From positions 27,029 through 91,028 of the forward strand of contig JBAYVA010000003.1 in NCBI GenBank assembly GCA_041674805.1: DNA of 64,000 bases. Direction: 5' to 3'. Positions 17,184-27,875 of this stretch are shown one piece after another. Made by a program: the position numbers and the translations under genes. The DNA comes from Candidatus Magasanikiibacteriota bacterium (GTDB taxonomy: Bacteria > Patescibacteriota > Patescibacteriia > Magasanikbacterales > UBA922). The notes under the pieces were generated by a model. It did not search any database and was not told where the DNA came from. It saw only the letters and a list, made by a program, of their open reading frames with translations. Position 1 is the first letter of the stretch. Every line of letters begins with the position of its first letter.

Positions 17184-19076
17184 TTGTATAATAAACTAAA
17201 TAAAAAAGATAAAAAAATAATTATGAAATTTGTAGAAACCTATCTAAAAAAACACCATTTATTCAGAACTCCTCACAAATGGTTTTTGGCTTTTTTATCA
17301 TCCCCTATTCACTTAGCCGAATTACACTACAAAAAAAGATACCACTTACAATTTGCCCATGCTCGCAAATTATTTATTTTTGATATGTTATTATTTTTTG
17401 GTGTTTTTATTATTTTATCAGCTGGCATTTTTTGGAAACTATATGATCCAACAGTGACTGACTTAGTTTATCTTTCTATTGAAAAAGAACCTCATCGTGT
17501 TTTGAGTGGTGAAGATTTCAATTTTGAAGTTGTGTACAAAAATGAAAGTGAAGTAAAACTAGTTTCACCAAAATTAATTTTACAATTACCAGATGGCTTT
17601 GTCTTACAAAAAACTGAACCAGAAAATAATTTTGATAAAAATAAAAATACTTTTTATCTTTCAGACTTAGCCAAAAATGACGCAGGAAAAGTCAGTATTT
17701 TTGGTCGCATTTATGAAACACCTCACTTAGAAACACAAATTATAGCTTCTCTTGAATACCAACAAGAAGGTAAAAAACATTTAGAAAAAGCTAGCACACC
17801 TTTTATCGCAATTCTACGTGGATCAGTACTAAAAAGTTTTTTCAATATTGCAGACAAAGCATTGTCACACTCTAGCTTAGCTTTTGATTTAACTATAAAA
17901 AATGATGGAGATACACCAATAGAAAAAATAAAAATACCTTTGCCAAATATCTCAGGTATCACACTCCTAAATGAAAAAATAACAAAAGGAAAAATAGCCA
18001 ACAACATTTGGGAAATAGACAATCTGCTAGCAAAAGAAGAAAGTATTTTGACAGCTTACTTCAATTTTAATATCAAAAACAAAAATTCACAAATAGCTCT
18101 AGAAATTGTGCCAAAAGTCATTATCAACGAAAAAGAAATAGCTCAAGAAAAAATCCAAAAAAATATTCAAATTTTTTATCCAAACTTGACGATTAATAGT
18201 AATTTTGAAAATGATCTTACTCAAGTTTTACCAGGTGAAAATATAAATTTGTATTTGAATTTACAAAATACTGGCGACGTAGATTTGAAAAATCTAAAAA
18301 TAACTTTGCCCGTAGACACTAATATCATTGATAAAAATAAATTTGTAACTTTGAACAAATTAACTATTGAAAAAAATAATATCTACTTAGATTATGAAAA
18401 TAATCCTAACTTAAAAAAATTAGATAAAAATAAAAACATAGAATTAAAATTGATTTTGCCAATACTAGAATATCCAAAAGGCAACACTGATTTATTGTTG
18501 GGATTGAATCCTCAAATAGAAGCTCAACTAAATGATATAAACAATGTTTACAAAACAGATTTTGAAACCAACAAAATAAAAATTGGTACCAATATTTTCA
18601 CAACTGCTGAAATTCGTTACTTCACCAAAGAAGGTGACCAATTGGGCAGAGGTCCACTACCTATCAAAATTGGCGAAGAAACAAAATACTGGGCACTCAT
18701 TGAAATCCAAAATACAACTAGTCGTATCAGCAATATAAATTTCAAAGCTACTTTACCTAGTTATGTAAAATGGACAGGAAAAAGTAGTGTCAGTATTGGA
18801 CGTGATCTTAGTTTTGATCCAATTACTAGAAATATTTCTTGGAGCAGTGAAAGACTTGCCGCCAATAGCAATGCTGGAATTTATTTTGAACTTAGTGTCA
18901 CACCTGATGCTACTATGATAGAAAACAATTTGATAATGTTGAAAAATATCAATATCACAGGTTTGGACAGTTTTTTGAATGTTTATCTAAACAAAAATTT
19001 AGCAAATCTAGATAATTCTCTAAAAACTGATACTATTGGCAAAAACAAAATGACAAGTGACGAAATAAGTGAATAA
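17184..19076 (+). CDS. Membrane-anchored extracytoplasmic protein with repeated beta-sandwich domains (DUF11 / CARDB-like)
   Basis: One N-terminal TM helix (LLFFGVFIILSAGIFW) followed by about 540 aa of Asn/Lys-rich repeats such as VSPKLILQLPDGF and NLKITLPVDTN. Confidence 0.45.
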   Translation: MYNKLNKKDKKIIMKFVETYLKKHHLFRTPHKWFLAFLSSPIHLAELHYKKRYHLQFAHARKLFIFDMLLFFGVFIILSAGIFWKLYDPTVTDLVYLSIEKEPHRVLSGEDFNFEVVYKNESEVKLVSPKLILQLPDGFVLQKTEPENNFDKNKNTFYLSDLAKNDAGKVSIFGRIYETPHLETQIIASLEYQQEGKKHLEKASTPFIAILRGSVLKSFFNIADKALSHSSLAFDLTIKNDGDTPIEKIKIPLPNISGITLLNEKITKGKIANNIWEIDNLLAKEESILTAYFNFNIKNKNSQIALEIVPKVIINEKEIAQEKIQKNIQIFYPNLTINSNFENDLTQVLPGENINLYLNLQNTGDVDLKNLKITLPVDTNIIDKNKFVTLNKLTIEKNNIYLDYENNPNLKKLDKNKNIELKLILPILEYPKGNTDLLLGLNPQIEAQLNDINNVYKTDFETNKIKIGTNIFTTAEIRYFTKEGDQLGRGPLPIKIGEETKYWALIEIQNTTSRISNINFKATLPSYVKWTGKSSVSIGRDLSFDPITRNISWSSERLAANSNAGIYFELSVTPDATMIENNLIMLKNINITGLDSFLNVYLNKNLANLDNSLKTDTIGKNKMTSDEISE

Positions 19077-19165
19077 AACTCTTAAAAAATATATATAATC
19101 TAAATAGTTTTTACTAATTGCCAAAACCACTATTTTAGTATATAATAATCAGCGGTCAAAACGCT

Positions 19166-20632
19166 ATGAATCATATCAATTTTTTACACAAAAATAATCC
19201 CGAAGAAAAAACCAAAATAAACACAAAAAAGTGGTTATTTTTATTATTATTATTTTTTTTCTTAGGTTCAGGTATTTCTTTGGCTTACAATACTATTATC
19301 AAAAATAATGACAAAAATGACTTGATATATTCTGAAAACGCCTTAGAACCAAAAAAACCCGAAGGTCTCTTCAAAAAGCTATCTTATCTTATTTTCAACA
19401 AAGAAGTAGCGTTGGAGGGTTCAAAAAATGACAGAATAAACGTCTTATTACTAGGTATGGGAGGTTTGGGTCACGATGGTCCATACTTGACAGATACCAT
19501 AATGATTGCTAGTCTAAAACCTTCTACCAATGAAGTAGCTCTTATTTCTATTCCTCGTGATTTGGGTGTCTATACTGCCAATTACGGTTTACGAAAAATT
19601 AATAGTCTAAATTCATTTGGAGAAGTAAAACAAGCCAACATGGGCGGTGCCTATGCCACGGAAATAATTTCCAAAACATTTGGCTTGGATATACAATATT
19701 ATTTACGTGTAGATTTTAATGCTTTTGAAAAAATAATAGACGAAGTAGGTGGTGTAAAAATTAATGTAGAAAGATCTTTTACTGATTACATGTACCCTAC
19801 CCCAAATTATCTTTATCAAACTCTTGTTTTTGAAAAAGGTATCCAAACCTTAAATGGTGAAACAGCTTTAAAATTTGTACGTTCTAGACATGGCAACAAT
19901 GGAGAAGGATCAGATTTTGCTAGAGCCGAAAGACAACAAAAAGTAATAATGGCTCTCAAAGAAAAAATCTTATCATTTGGAGTATTGGCAAATCCAGTAA
20001 AAATAAAAAATATTATTGATACTCTGGAATCACACATTACTACCAATATGACTTTTGAAGAAATGGTAAGTTTTGGCAGTGTAGCCAAAGAATTACAATC
20101 ACAAAATATCAAGAATCTAGTAATAGACAATGGTATCAATGGTTATCTAGTAAATTATACAGATCCAAAAACAGGTGCTTTTATGCTCGCACCAAACACT
20201 GGAAATTTTTTGAAGATATCTGATGCTATCCAAAATATTTTTGAAAATGATAGTACCACTGCAAATAATAATATTAACGGAAATGATACAGAAACTCCTA
20301 TTCAAGAAGCCCCAAAATTAGATTATGCTGAAGTTGAAATTCAAAATGGTACTTGGCAAGCTGGTTTAGCCACAAGATTAAAAGAAAAATTAGTTAATGA
20401 AGATTTTTTTGTAAATGAAATTGGTAATATTGAAGTAGAATTAAAACCTTTTAGAGAAAGTGGCATTTATGCTATTACTTCTTCTACCAAAGAAAAAAAT
20501 TTGGAAAATGTTTTGAAAGGACTAAACAATGAATTGAAAATACCTATCAAACAAAATTTACCAACAAGTATCACGACACTTAGCAGTTCCACAGATATTT
20601 TGGTAATTTTGGGAGATAATTTTGTAGAATAA
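19166..20632 (+). CDS. LCP family protein (LytR-CpsA-Psr cell-wall glycopolymer transferase)
   Basis: N-terminal TM helix, then LLLGMGGLGHDGPYLTDTIMIASL, ISIPRDL, YYLRVDFNAFEKIIDEVGGVKINV and TLNGETALKFVRSRH, which are typical LCP motifs. Confidence 0.8.
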   Translation: MNHINFLHKNNPEEKTKINTKKWLFLLLLFFFLGSGISLAYNTIIKNNDKNDLIYSENALEPKKPEGLFKKLSYLIFNKEVALEGSKNDRINVLLLGMGGLGHDGPYLTDTIMIASLKPSTNEVALISIPRDLGVYTANYGLRKINSLNSFGEVKQANMGGAYATEIISKTFGLDIQYYLRVDFNAFEKIIDEVGGVKINVERSFTDYMYPTPNYLYQTLVFEKGIQTLNGETALKFVRSRHGNNGEGSDFARAERQQKVIMALKEKILSFGVLANPVKIKNIIDTLESHITTNMTFEEMVSFGSVAKELQSQNIKNLVIDNGINGYLVNYTDPKTGAFMLAPNTGNFLKISDAIQNIFENDSTTANNNINGNDTETPIQEAPKLDYAEVEIQNGTWQAGLATRLKEKLVNEDFFVNEIGNIEVELKPFRESGIYAITSSTKEKNLENVLKGLNNELKIPIKQNLPTSITTLSSSTDILVILGDNFVE

Positions 20633-20660
20633 AATTTTTTAAATAAATCAAATAAATTAT

Positions 20661-22049
20661 ATGTTTGAAAAGAAGATAATGAAGAACAATTTACCAACGA
20701 TAGCTTTGATAGGAAGAGCCAATGTAGGCAAATCTACTTTTTTTAATACCTTAATAGAAGAACACAAAGCTCTAGTTTCTAATATTGCTGGCACCACTAG
20801 AAACAACAACGAAGGTATCATGGTATGGCGTGGTAAAGAAATAAACGTCATTGATACAGGTGGCGTTGATAATGATGAAAACGAATTTTTTGCTGATGAA
20901 ATTTTGGATCAAGCACACAGAGCTCTTGAAAAAGCTGATATCATTGTTATGATAGTAGATGCCAAATCTCCCCTACTTCCACAAGAACGTGACTTAGCAA
21001 AAAAAATGAAACAAGATTATAAAGACAAAAAAATATTTTTGCTAGCCAACAAATCTGACAGTAAAAGAGACAGAACTAATTTTGACCAAAGTTATTACAA
21101 ACTAGGTTTTGGTGAACCTATTCTTATTTCAGCTGTAAATGGACATGGCGTCGGAGATTTTTTGGATATTCTTTACAAAGAATTTGGCAAATTATCTAGC
21201 AGACCAAAAAAGATGAAAGAAGAAGTAAGTAGTATCAAAGTAAGTCTTATTGGCAAACCAAATGTTGGCAAATCTTCTATCTTCAACAAAATTATTGGCG
21301 AAGAAAAAGTAATCGTCAGTGATATTGCTCATACAACACGCGAACCTTTTGATACAGTGATTGAATATGAAGATGATGAAAACAAAAAAACCAAAATTAC
21401 TTTTATAGATACTGCTGGTATTCGTCGCAAAGCCAAAGTTGATGGCTTTCTAGAAAGACAAGGTATTCAAAAGAGTCTTGAAACTATTGCTAATAGTGAT
21501 ATAATTTTATTAGTAATAGATGGTAGTGAAACTATCTCTTCACAAGATATGCAATTAGGTGGTCTTATTGAACGCAAAAGTAAAAGTGTCATTATCATAG
21601 TAAACAAATGGGATTTAGCAGAAGACAACAGTGATGAAGCTAGAAATGATGTCAAAAAAATGGTTTACAGTCATTTTCCTCATTTAGATTTTTCACCAAT
21701 ACTTTTTATTAGTGGCAAAACTGGTTATAGAACACAACAAATTTTTCCAGCCATCATAAAAGTAATTGAAGCTAGAAAAACAATTATTACTGAAAATGCT
21801 TTGGACAAATTTATAGACAAAATTATCAAAACACACAAACCATCTCGTGGCAAAGGAACTAGACAACCAAAAGTTTTGGGACTAAAACAAATCAATGCCG
21901 ATCCTCCTATATTTACTCTTTTTATCAAATACAAAACTTCTTTGCACCGCTCTTATATCAACTATATTGAAAATAAATTGCGTGAAAAATTCAACTTTTT
22001 TGGAACACCGATTGTGATCAAAATGGCTAAAATGAAGATTACCAAGTAA
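20661..22049 (+). CDS. der: Ribosome-biogenesis GTPase Der (EngA)
   Basis: Two tandem GTPase domains (GRANVGKST...DTGG; GKPNVGKSS...DTAG) plus a KH-like C-terminal domain. Confidence 0.9.
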   Translation: MFEKKIMKNNLPTIALIGRANVGKSTFFNTLIEEHKALVSNIAGTTRNNNEGIMVWRGKEINVIDTGGVDNDENEFFADEILDQAHRALEKADIIVMIVDAKSPLLPQERDLAKKMKQDYKDKKIFLLANKSDSKRDRTNFDQSYYKLGFGEPILISAVNGHGVGDFLDILYKEFGKLSSRPKKMKEEVSSIKVSLIGKPNVGKSSIFNKIIGEEKVIVSDIAHTTREPFDTVIEYEDDENKKTKITFIDTAGIRRKAKVDGFLERQGIQKSLETIANSDIILLVIDGSETISSQDMQLGGLIERKSKSVIIIVNKWDLAEDNSDEARNDVKKMVYSHFPHLDFSPILFISGKTGYRTQQIFPAIIKVIEARKTIITENALDKFIDKIIKTHKPSRGKGTRQPKVLGLKQINADPPIFTLFIKYKTSLHRSYINYIENKLREKFNFFGTPIVIKMAKMKITK

Positions 22050-22114
22050 AATTTTAAATTTAATCCCGATTTAAATCAGGACAAAGTTTCTAAATTAATA
22101 AGTAACACTTATTT

Positions 22115-22660
22115 ATGAAGCTTATCGTTGGACTGGGTAACCCAGGAAAAAAATACGAGAAAACTCGTCACAATGTTGGTTTCATGGTCTTAGACGAATT
22201 ACACAAAAATTTGTTATCTTTTGGTATTACACCTTGGGAATTAAGCAAAAAATTCAATGCTCTAGTCTGTGGTTGTAGTCTAAAAGGAGACAAAATAATT
22301 TTGGCAAAACCTCTAACTTTTATGAATAGTTCGGGTGAGGCTGTCCAAAACATAGGACATTTTTACAAACTAAATCAAAAAGACATTCTAGTAGTACACG
22401 ATGACAAAGATATTTTGTTAGGTGAAATAAAAATACAAGAAAATCGTGGTCCTGCTGGTCACAATGGTATCAAATCAATTATAGAACATATTGGCACCCA
22501 AGATTTTTCTCGCGTACGCATTGGTATTGCTAGCGACAATAAAAACAAAATGAAAGACATCCCAAAATTTGTTTTGAATAAATTTGGTTTTTTAGAAAAG
22601 AAAAAATTACAAGCAAGTATTAGTGAAGCGATTGAGAAAATAATGGAGATTATAAGCTAG
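22115..22660 (+). CDS. pth: Peptidyl-tRNA hydrolase
   Basis: MKLIVGLGNPGKKYEKTRHNVGF is the canonical Pth N-terminus. Confidence 0.9.
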   Translation: MKLIVGLGNPGKKYEKTRHNVGFMVLDELHKNLLSFGITPWELSKKFNALVCGCSLKGDKIILAKPLTFMNSSGEAVQNIGHFYKLNQKDILVVHDDKDILLGEIKIQENRGPAGHNGIKSIIEHIGTQDFSRVRIGIASDNKNKMKDIPKFVLNKFGFLEKKKLQASISEAIEKIMEIIS

Positions 22661-22801
22661 TAAGCAAGGTAAGCAGAATAGGCAGGATAAGTATTTTGTT
22701 ATCTCAATTTTATATCTATTTTATCTCAATTTATTTTAAAACAATCCGCAAACCAGTATTCCACCCAAGGCGGACAAGTATCAGTATATCAGTATTTTCA
22801 C

Positions 22802-23881
22802 ATGCAAAAAGAAATCCTCCTCGCCCACTTTCCAAAAATCACAGTCAAACGCTACCAGCAACTACTGGCAGCTTTTTCATCTCTAGAAGAAGTTTGGCAA
22901 GCAGAATTTGATGAATTAACAAAAACAGGTCTTGATGAAAAAATTATTCATGAATTTTTGACTTGGCGAGAAAAATTAGACGAAGAAAAAATATACAAAA
23001 TATTGGAACAAGAAAAAATTCAATGTCTTACTCTCAATGACAAAAATTATCCGACATTACTCAAAGAAATTTATGATCCCCCATTTTGTCTTTTTGTACG
23101 TGGTAATTTACAAAAAGATGATTTCAATTTGGCTGTTGTTGGTACCAGAAAATATACTACTTATGGCAAACAAGTTACTGAAAATTTGGTAACAGACTTA
23201 GTACATCAAGGTGTGACTATTACTAGTGGATTGGCTTTTGGGATAGATATCATTGCTCATCAGACAACACTAAAAAATAATGGCAAAACTATTGCTGTCT
23301 TGGGCTCTGGTATAAACAAAAGACACATTTATCCACACGAACACCAAAATATTGCCGAAGAAATAATTTCCAAATCTGGAGCTGTTATTTCTGAATATCC
23401 ACCAGGAACTTTGCCAAACAAATATACTTTTCCACGTCGCAATCGTATCATTGCTGGTATTTCTTCTGGTACTCTGGTCATAGAAGCTGCTGAAAAATCT
23501 GGAGCTCTCATCACGGCTGAATGTGCGCTAGAAGCTGGACGAGAAGTCTTCGCTGTTCCTCAAAATATTACTTCAAATACCTCTATTGGACCAAATCAAC
23601 TGATCAAAAATGGTGCTAAACTAATCACTAGTAGCCAAGACATTATTGAAGCCTTAGACTTGCAAGATATTCAAGTTTATGTTAAAAATAAGCAAATATT
23701 AGCAGATTCGCCCGAAGAAGAAGTTATTTTGGCTATACTTAGCCAAGAACCTCGTCATATTGACGATATTACCAAAAATAGTGGCTTATCTAGTACCCAA
23801 ATTAGTGCCAACTTGACAATTATGGAAATGAAGGGTAAAGTGCGAAATCTTGGGAATATGATGTACGTGACAAGAAGTTGA
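22802..23881 (+). CDS. dprA: DNA processing protein DprA (Smf)
   Basis: Rossmann-like DprA core with AVVGTRKYTTYG, GLAFGIDIIAHQ and VIEAAEKSGALITAECALEAGREVFAVP, plus a C-terminal winged-helix domain. Confidence 0.85.
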   Translation: MQKEILLAHFPKITVKRYQQLLAAFSSLEEVWQAEFDELTKTGLDEKIIHEFLTWREKLDEEKIYKILEQEKIQCLTLNDKNYPTLLKEIYDPPFCLFVRGNLQKDDFNLAVVGTRKYTTYGKQVTENLVTDLVHQGVTITSGLAFGIDIIAHQTTLKNNGKTIAVLGSGINKRHIYPHEHQNIAEEIISKSGAVISEYPPGTLPNKYTFPRRNRIIAGISSGTLVIEAAEKSGALITAECALEAGREVFAVPQNITSNTSIGPNQLIKNGAKLITSSQDIIEALDLQDIQVYVKNKQILADSPEEEVILAILSQEPRHIDDITKNSGLSSTQISANLTIMEMKGKVRNLGNMMYVTRS

Positions 23882-23987
23882 AAGTTTGTAAAGTTATAAT
23901 GTTATAAAGTTGTAATGTTATAAAATTTGTAAAGTAATTTGTTTTAATCCCGACTAAGTCGGGACCTAAATTAAAAATTTTCAAAAT

Positions 23988-25298
23988 ATGAATTTTGAAA
24001 GCGCCTACAACTATATCCTCTCCCTCTCCAACATGCCACGCATGGAATATATGAAAGAGGGCAACATGTGCGATTGGTACTTGAAACGTCTCCAATTCTT
24101 TTTGGATTTGCTAGGTAATCCGGAGCAAAAAATCAAACACTATATTCACGTGACAGGCACCAGTGGCAAAGGTTCGACTGTTTCTTTTTTACACAATATC
24201 TTGCAAGCTAGTGGCAAGCGTGTTGCGTCGACTTACTCCCCTCACCCAACTATCATTACCGAGCGTTGGAAAGTCGGTAATAGATTCATGACAAAAAAAG
24301 AATTTGTGGAGATTGTCGAATACTTGAAACCAAAGCTCGATGAATATTTAGCCAAAACTCCTTACGACATGCTTTCATTTTTTGAACTGACAGAAGTCAT
24401 TGGTTTTATATTTTTTGCTAAGAAAAAAGTGGAATGGCTAGTGCTTGAAGTTGCTTGTGGTGGACGCTATGATTCTAGCAATATCATTCCTTACAAAGAT
24501 GTCGCGGTGATAACAAATATTGGACTAGACCATGTCGGTATTATTGGCAACAATAAAGAAGAAATAGCTTACGAAAAAGCTGGCATTATCAAACAAAATT
24601 GTACTGCTTTCACTACAGAACAAGACAAAAAAATCTTGAAGGTTATTGATACCGAAGCCAAATTACAAAAAGTTGTTTTGCAAAAATTGAAAATAAATGA
24701 TTATAAATTGATAAAAGAAAATCTAAATAAAATTATTTTTTCTTATCAAAACGAACAATACGAAATACAAGCACTTGGCGAACACCAAATAAAAAATGCA
24801 ATTCTAGTTATCAATGTTGCTAAATTTTTGAAATTGAAAATTCAAGATATTCAAAAAGGTCTTAGTCAAACTTTGCAACCTTTGCGCTTTGAGATTGTGA
24901 GAGAAAAACCATATATTATTCTTGATGGCGCGCACAACGAAGACAAAATGAAAAGCACAGTCGCAGCAATGAAAAAAATACAAATAAATAAATTGTATAT
25001 TATCGCCGGTTTTAGTGGCGACAAAAAAGTAAACAACATGATAAAAAGTCTAAGTACTTTGAATCCAACATTTGTTTGTGCTACCAAAAATACTAGTAAC
25101 CATTTCCGCAAAGTAGCTGACCCAAAAATCATTGCTCAAGAATTTGCCAAAAACAAAAATACTAAAACAAAAATTTTCCTTGACCCAGCTGACGCACTAG
25201 AATTTGTGATGAAAAAATTAAAGAAAAACGACGCGTTACTGATTACTGGATCAATTTTCCTAAGTGGTGAATTGCGCAAAAACTTTTATAAAATATAA
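23988..25298 (+). CDS. folC: Folylpolyglutamate synthase / dihydrofolate synthase (Mur ligase family)
   Basis: HVTGTSGKGST P-loop of Mur ligases and the FolC-type motif ILDGAHNEDKM. Confidence 0.8.
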   Translation: MNFESAYNYILSLSNMPRMEYMKEGNMCDWYLKRLQFFLDLLGNPEQKIKHYIHVTGTSGKGSTVSFLHNILQASGKRVASTYSPHPTIITERWKVGNRFMTKKEFVEIVEYLKPKLDEYLAKTPYDMLSFFELTEVIGFIFFAKKKVEWLVLEVACGGRYDSSNIIPYKDVAVITNIGLDHVGIIGNNKEEIAYEKAGIIKQNCTAFTTEQDKKILKVIDTEAKLQKVVLQKLKINDYKLIKENLNKIIFSYQNEQYEIQALGEHQIKNAILVINVAKFLKLKIQDIQKGLSQTLQPLRFEIVREKPYIILDGAHNEDKMKSTVAAMKKIQINKLYIIAGFSGDKKVNNMIKSLSTLNPTFVCATKNTSNHFRKVADPKIIAQEFAKNKNTKTKIFLDPADALEFVMKKLKKNDALLITGSIFLSGELRKNFYKI

Positions 25299-25320
25299 AT
25301 AATGTGTTATCATATATAAA

Positions 25321-25450
25321 TAATTTAGAAATTTAGTAATTTTAAATTTTAAAACAATTTTGAATGCTCTAATTTTAAAAAGTAATTTAAAATTAATTCA
25401 TTTAAAAATTTAAAATTGTTTTAAAATTCGAAATTTAAAATTCCAAAATT
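25321..25450. repeat. Inverted-repeat element related to the arms flanking the four-helix-bundle gene at 13.8-14.3 kb, but with only a ~60-bp spacer (no cargo gene)
   Basis: Contains gaaatttagtaattttaaattttaaa (matches the left arm at 13836) and aaaatttaaaattgttttaaaattcgaaatttaaaatt, which resembles the right arm. Confidence 0.55.
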
Positions 25451-25467
25451 TCTCTAATAAACGTCTT

Positions 25468-27741
25468 ATGAAGTTAGTCATAGTAGAGTCCCCTACCAAA
25501 GCTAAAACTATTTCCAAATTTTTGGGTGCAGCTTACAAAGTTGAATCTTCTTATGGTCACACTCGTGATTTACCAAAAAGTAAAATGGGTATAGACATTG
25601 CTGGAGGAACTTTTGAACCCACCTATGAAGTCCCAAAAGACAAAACACCACAAGTAAACAAACTAAAAAAATTAGCCAAAGAAGCTACTGAAGTCATATT
25701 CGCATCCGATGAGGACCGCGAAGGAGAAGCTATTTCTTGGCACTTGGCCGAACTTTTCAAAATTGATCCCAAAAAAGCTAAGCGTATTGTTTTTCACGAA
25801 ATCACCAAAAGTGCTATCGAAGAAGCTATCGCCAATCCTCGTCACATTGATTTGAAATTGGTCGACGCCCAGCAAGCTCGCCGTATTTTGGATAGAATCG
25901 TCGGTTACGAGCTCTCCCCTTTCTTGTGGAAAAAAGTCGCCCGCGGTTTATCTGCTGGTCGTGTGCAATCTGTTGCCGTCAGATTAGTCGTAGAGCGTGA
26001 AGAAGAACGCAAAGCTTTTGTCTCACAAGAATATTGGTCAATCGATGCTCTGTTCAACAAAGTGGCAGATTTCAGTGGCAAACTTCACAGTATTGCTGAC
26101 AAAAAAATCGACAAACTAGGTTTGAAAACCAAAGAAGAAGTCGACCAAATTTTGGCAAACTTGGATAGTGCGCAGTATAAAATAAAAGACATCGTCAAAA
26201 AAGAAACCAAACGCACTCCTCCACCTCCATTCACGACATCTACTTTACAACAACAAGCTAGTTACAAATTGGGCTATTCTGCCAAACAAACCATGCGTCT
26301 TGCACAACAACTTTATGAAGGAATAAAAATTGGTACTGAAGGCCAAGTCGGTCTGATTACTTATATGCGTACTGATGCCTTGAATTTGTCTGAAAAATTC
26401 TTGACTGAAAGTAAAGATTTTGTTGCCAAAAAATATGGCGAAAAATTTGCTTTGTCCAAACCACGCTTCTATGCCAACAAAAGTAAAAATGCCCAAGAAG
26501 CCCATGAAGCTATCCGCCCAACTGATGTTAGCAAAAATCCTGAATCTATCAGTGCTTATTTAGACCCTCAACAATTGAAACTTTATAGTCTTATTTGGAA
26601 AAGAGCCGTAGCCACCCAAATGGCCGTAGCCAATCTAAACAAAGAAAACATAGATATAGAAGCCAAAGAGTACCTATTTCGCGCTACCGGACAATCTGTG
26701 GTCTTCCCAGGCTGGTTACAACTCTATCCTGAGCAAATGAAAGACGAAATGTTGCCAGAAATGAAAATTGATGAATTGGTAGATTGCAAAGAATTGAAAC
26801 CAGAACAACATTTCACCGAACCAAAACCTCGCTACTCTGACGCCACGCTCGTCAAAGCCATGGAAGAATACGGCATCGGCCGTCCATCTACTTATGCCCC
26901 AACTATTTCAACAATTGAAAGTCGTGGCTATGTCGAACGTGACGAAAATAAAAGATTGAAACCACTCGACATCGCCTTTGTCGTCAACAGTCTACTTGTC
27001 GAACATTTTCCAGACGTTGTTGATTACAAATTCACAGCCACCATGGAAGAAAATCTCGATGAAATTGCTCACGGTACTAAAGATTGGCAACCAATCATCG
27101 CCACTTTCTATTTCCCTTTCCACGAAAATTTAGTTTCCAAAAGTGACAATCTTACCAAAGAAGAAACAGTTTCCATGCGTGAATTGGGTATTGATCCAAA
27201 ATCAAAAAAACCAATTTACGGACGCATCGGACGCTTCGGACCTTTTGTTCAAAAAGGTAGCAAAGATGACGAAGAAAAACCAACTTTCGCCAAACTAAAA
27301 CCAGGTCAGACTATCGACGAACTGACACTAGCAGACGCACTTGAACTGTTCAAATTACCAAGAAGTCTAGGCAAAGACAAAACTGGTGAAGAAATACTAG
27401 CCAGTGTCGGACGCTTCGGACCTTATGTCAAAGTTGGTGCCAAATTTTATTCTACCAAAGACAAAGACCCTTACACTATCACTCTAAAAGAAGCTCTAGA
27501 AGTAATCAGAGAAAAAGATCAAGCCGATGCCAACAAGACAATAAAGCTTTTTGCAGGCAGTACTATCCAAGTCCTCAATGGACGCTATGGACCATACATC
27601 ACAGATACTGAGAAAAAGATAAATGCCAAAATTCCCAAAGACATTGAACCAAAAAATCTTACTCTAGAAGAATGTGAGAAACTTATCACCGAAGCTCCTA
27701 GTAAAAAACGTAGCGCTTGGGCGAAAAAGAAGAGTGAATAA
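25468..27741 (+). CDS. topA: DNA topoisomerase I
   Basis: TOPRIM N-terminus (MKLVIVESPTKAKTI...SDEDREGEAISWH), the catalytic Tyr region (ITYMRTD) and three C-terminal GRFGPF / GRFGPY / NGRYGPY repeats. Confidence 0.9.
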   Translation: MKLVIVESPTKAKTISKFLGAAYKVESSYGHTRDLPKSKMGIDIAGGTFEPTYEVPKDKTPQVNKLKKLAKEATEVIFASDEDREGEAISWHLAELFKIDPKKAKRIVFHEITKSAIEEAIANPRHIDLKLVDAQQARRILDRIVGYELSPFLWKKVARGLSAGRVQSVAVRLVVEREEERKAFVSQEYWSIDALFNKVADFSGKLHSIADKKIDKLGLKTKEEVDQILANLDSAQYKIKDIVKKETKRTPPPPFTTSTLQQQASYKLGYSAKQTMRLAQQLYEGIKIGTEGQVGLITYMRTDALNLSEKFLTESKDFVAKKYGEKFALSKPRFYANKSKNAQEAHEAIRPTDVSKNPESISAYLDPQQLKLYSLIWKRAVATQMAVANLNKENIDIEAKEYLFRATGQSVVFPGWLQLYPEQMKDEMLPEMKIDELVDCKELKPEQHFTEPKPRYSDATLVKAMEEYGIGRPSTYAPTISTIESRGYVERDENKRLKPLDIAFVVNSLLVEHFPDVVDYKFTATMEENLDEIAHGTKDWQPIIATFYFPFHENLVSKSDNLTKEETVSMRELGIDPKSKKPIYGRIGRFGPFVQKGSKDDEEKPTFAKLKPGQTIDELTLADALELFKLPRSLGKDKTGEEILASVGRFGPYVKVGAKFYSTKDKDPYTITLKEALEVIREKDQADANKTIKLFAGSTIQVLNGRYGPYITDTEKKINAKIPKDIEPKNLTLEECEKLITEAPSKKRSAWAKKKSE

Positions 27742-27748
27742 TTTAGAA

Positions 27749-27780
27749 AACCGTCAAAATTTTGTTTGACGGTTTTTTTG
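27749..27780 (+). terminator. topA terminator
   Basis: ccgtcaaa-attttg-tttgacgg followed by ttttttt. Confidence 0.6.
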
Positions 27781-27793
27781 TGAGTGGTATACT
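27766..27793 (+). promoter_or_regulatory. Sigma-70-like promoter TTGACG-N16-TATACT for the OLD-family gene
   Basis: ttgacg gtttttttgtgagtgg tatact. The block tgtgagtgStatact is repeated at 30296-30313. Confidence 0.5.
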
Positions 27794-27875
27794 GAAATAT
27801 ACATTATATTAAAATATAGAGATAATATAAAGAGTATTTCTAATTATATATAAGAAATACTCAAGTAAAAAAAAT

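Noticed and set aside
22696-22911. 71-aa ORF upstream of and overlapping dprA
   Set aside because: It overlaps the dprA start and a repeat-containing intergenic region, and has no protein-like features.
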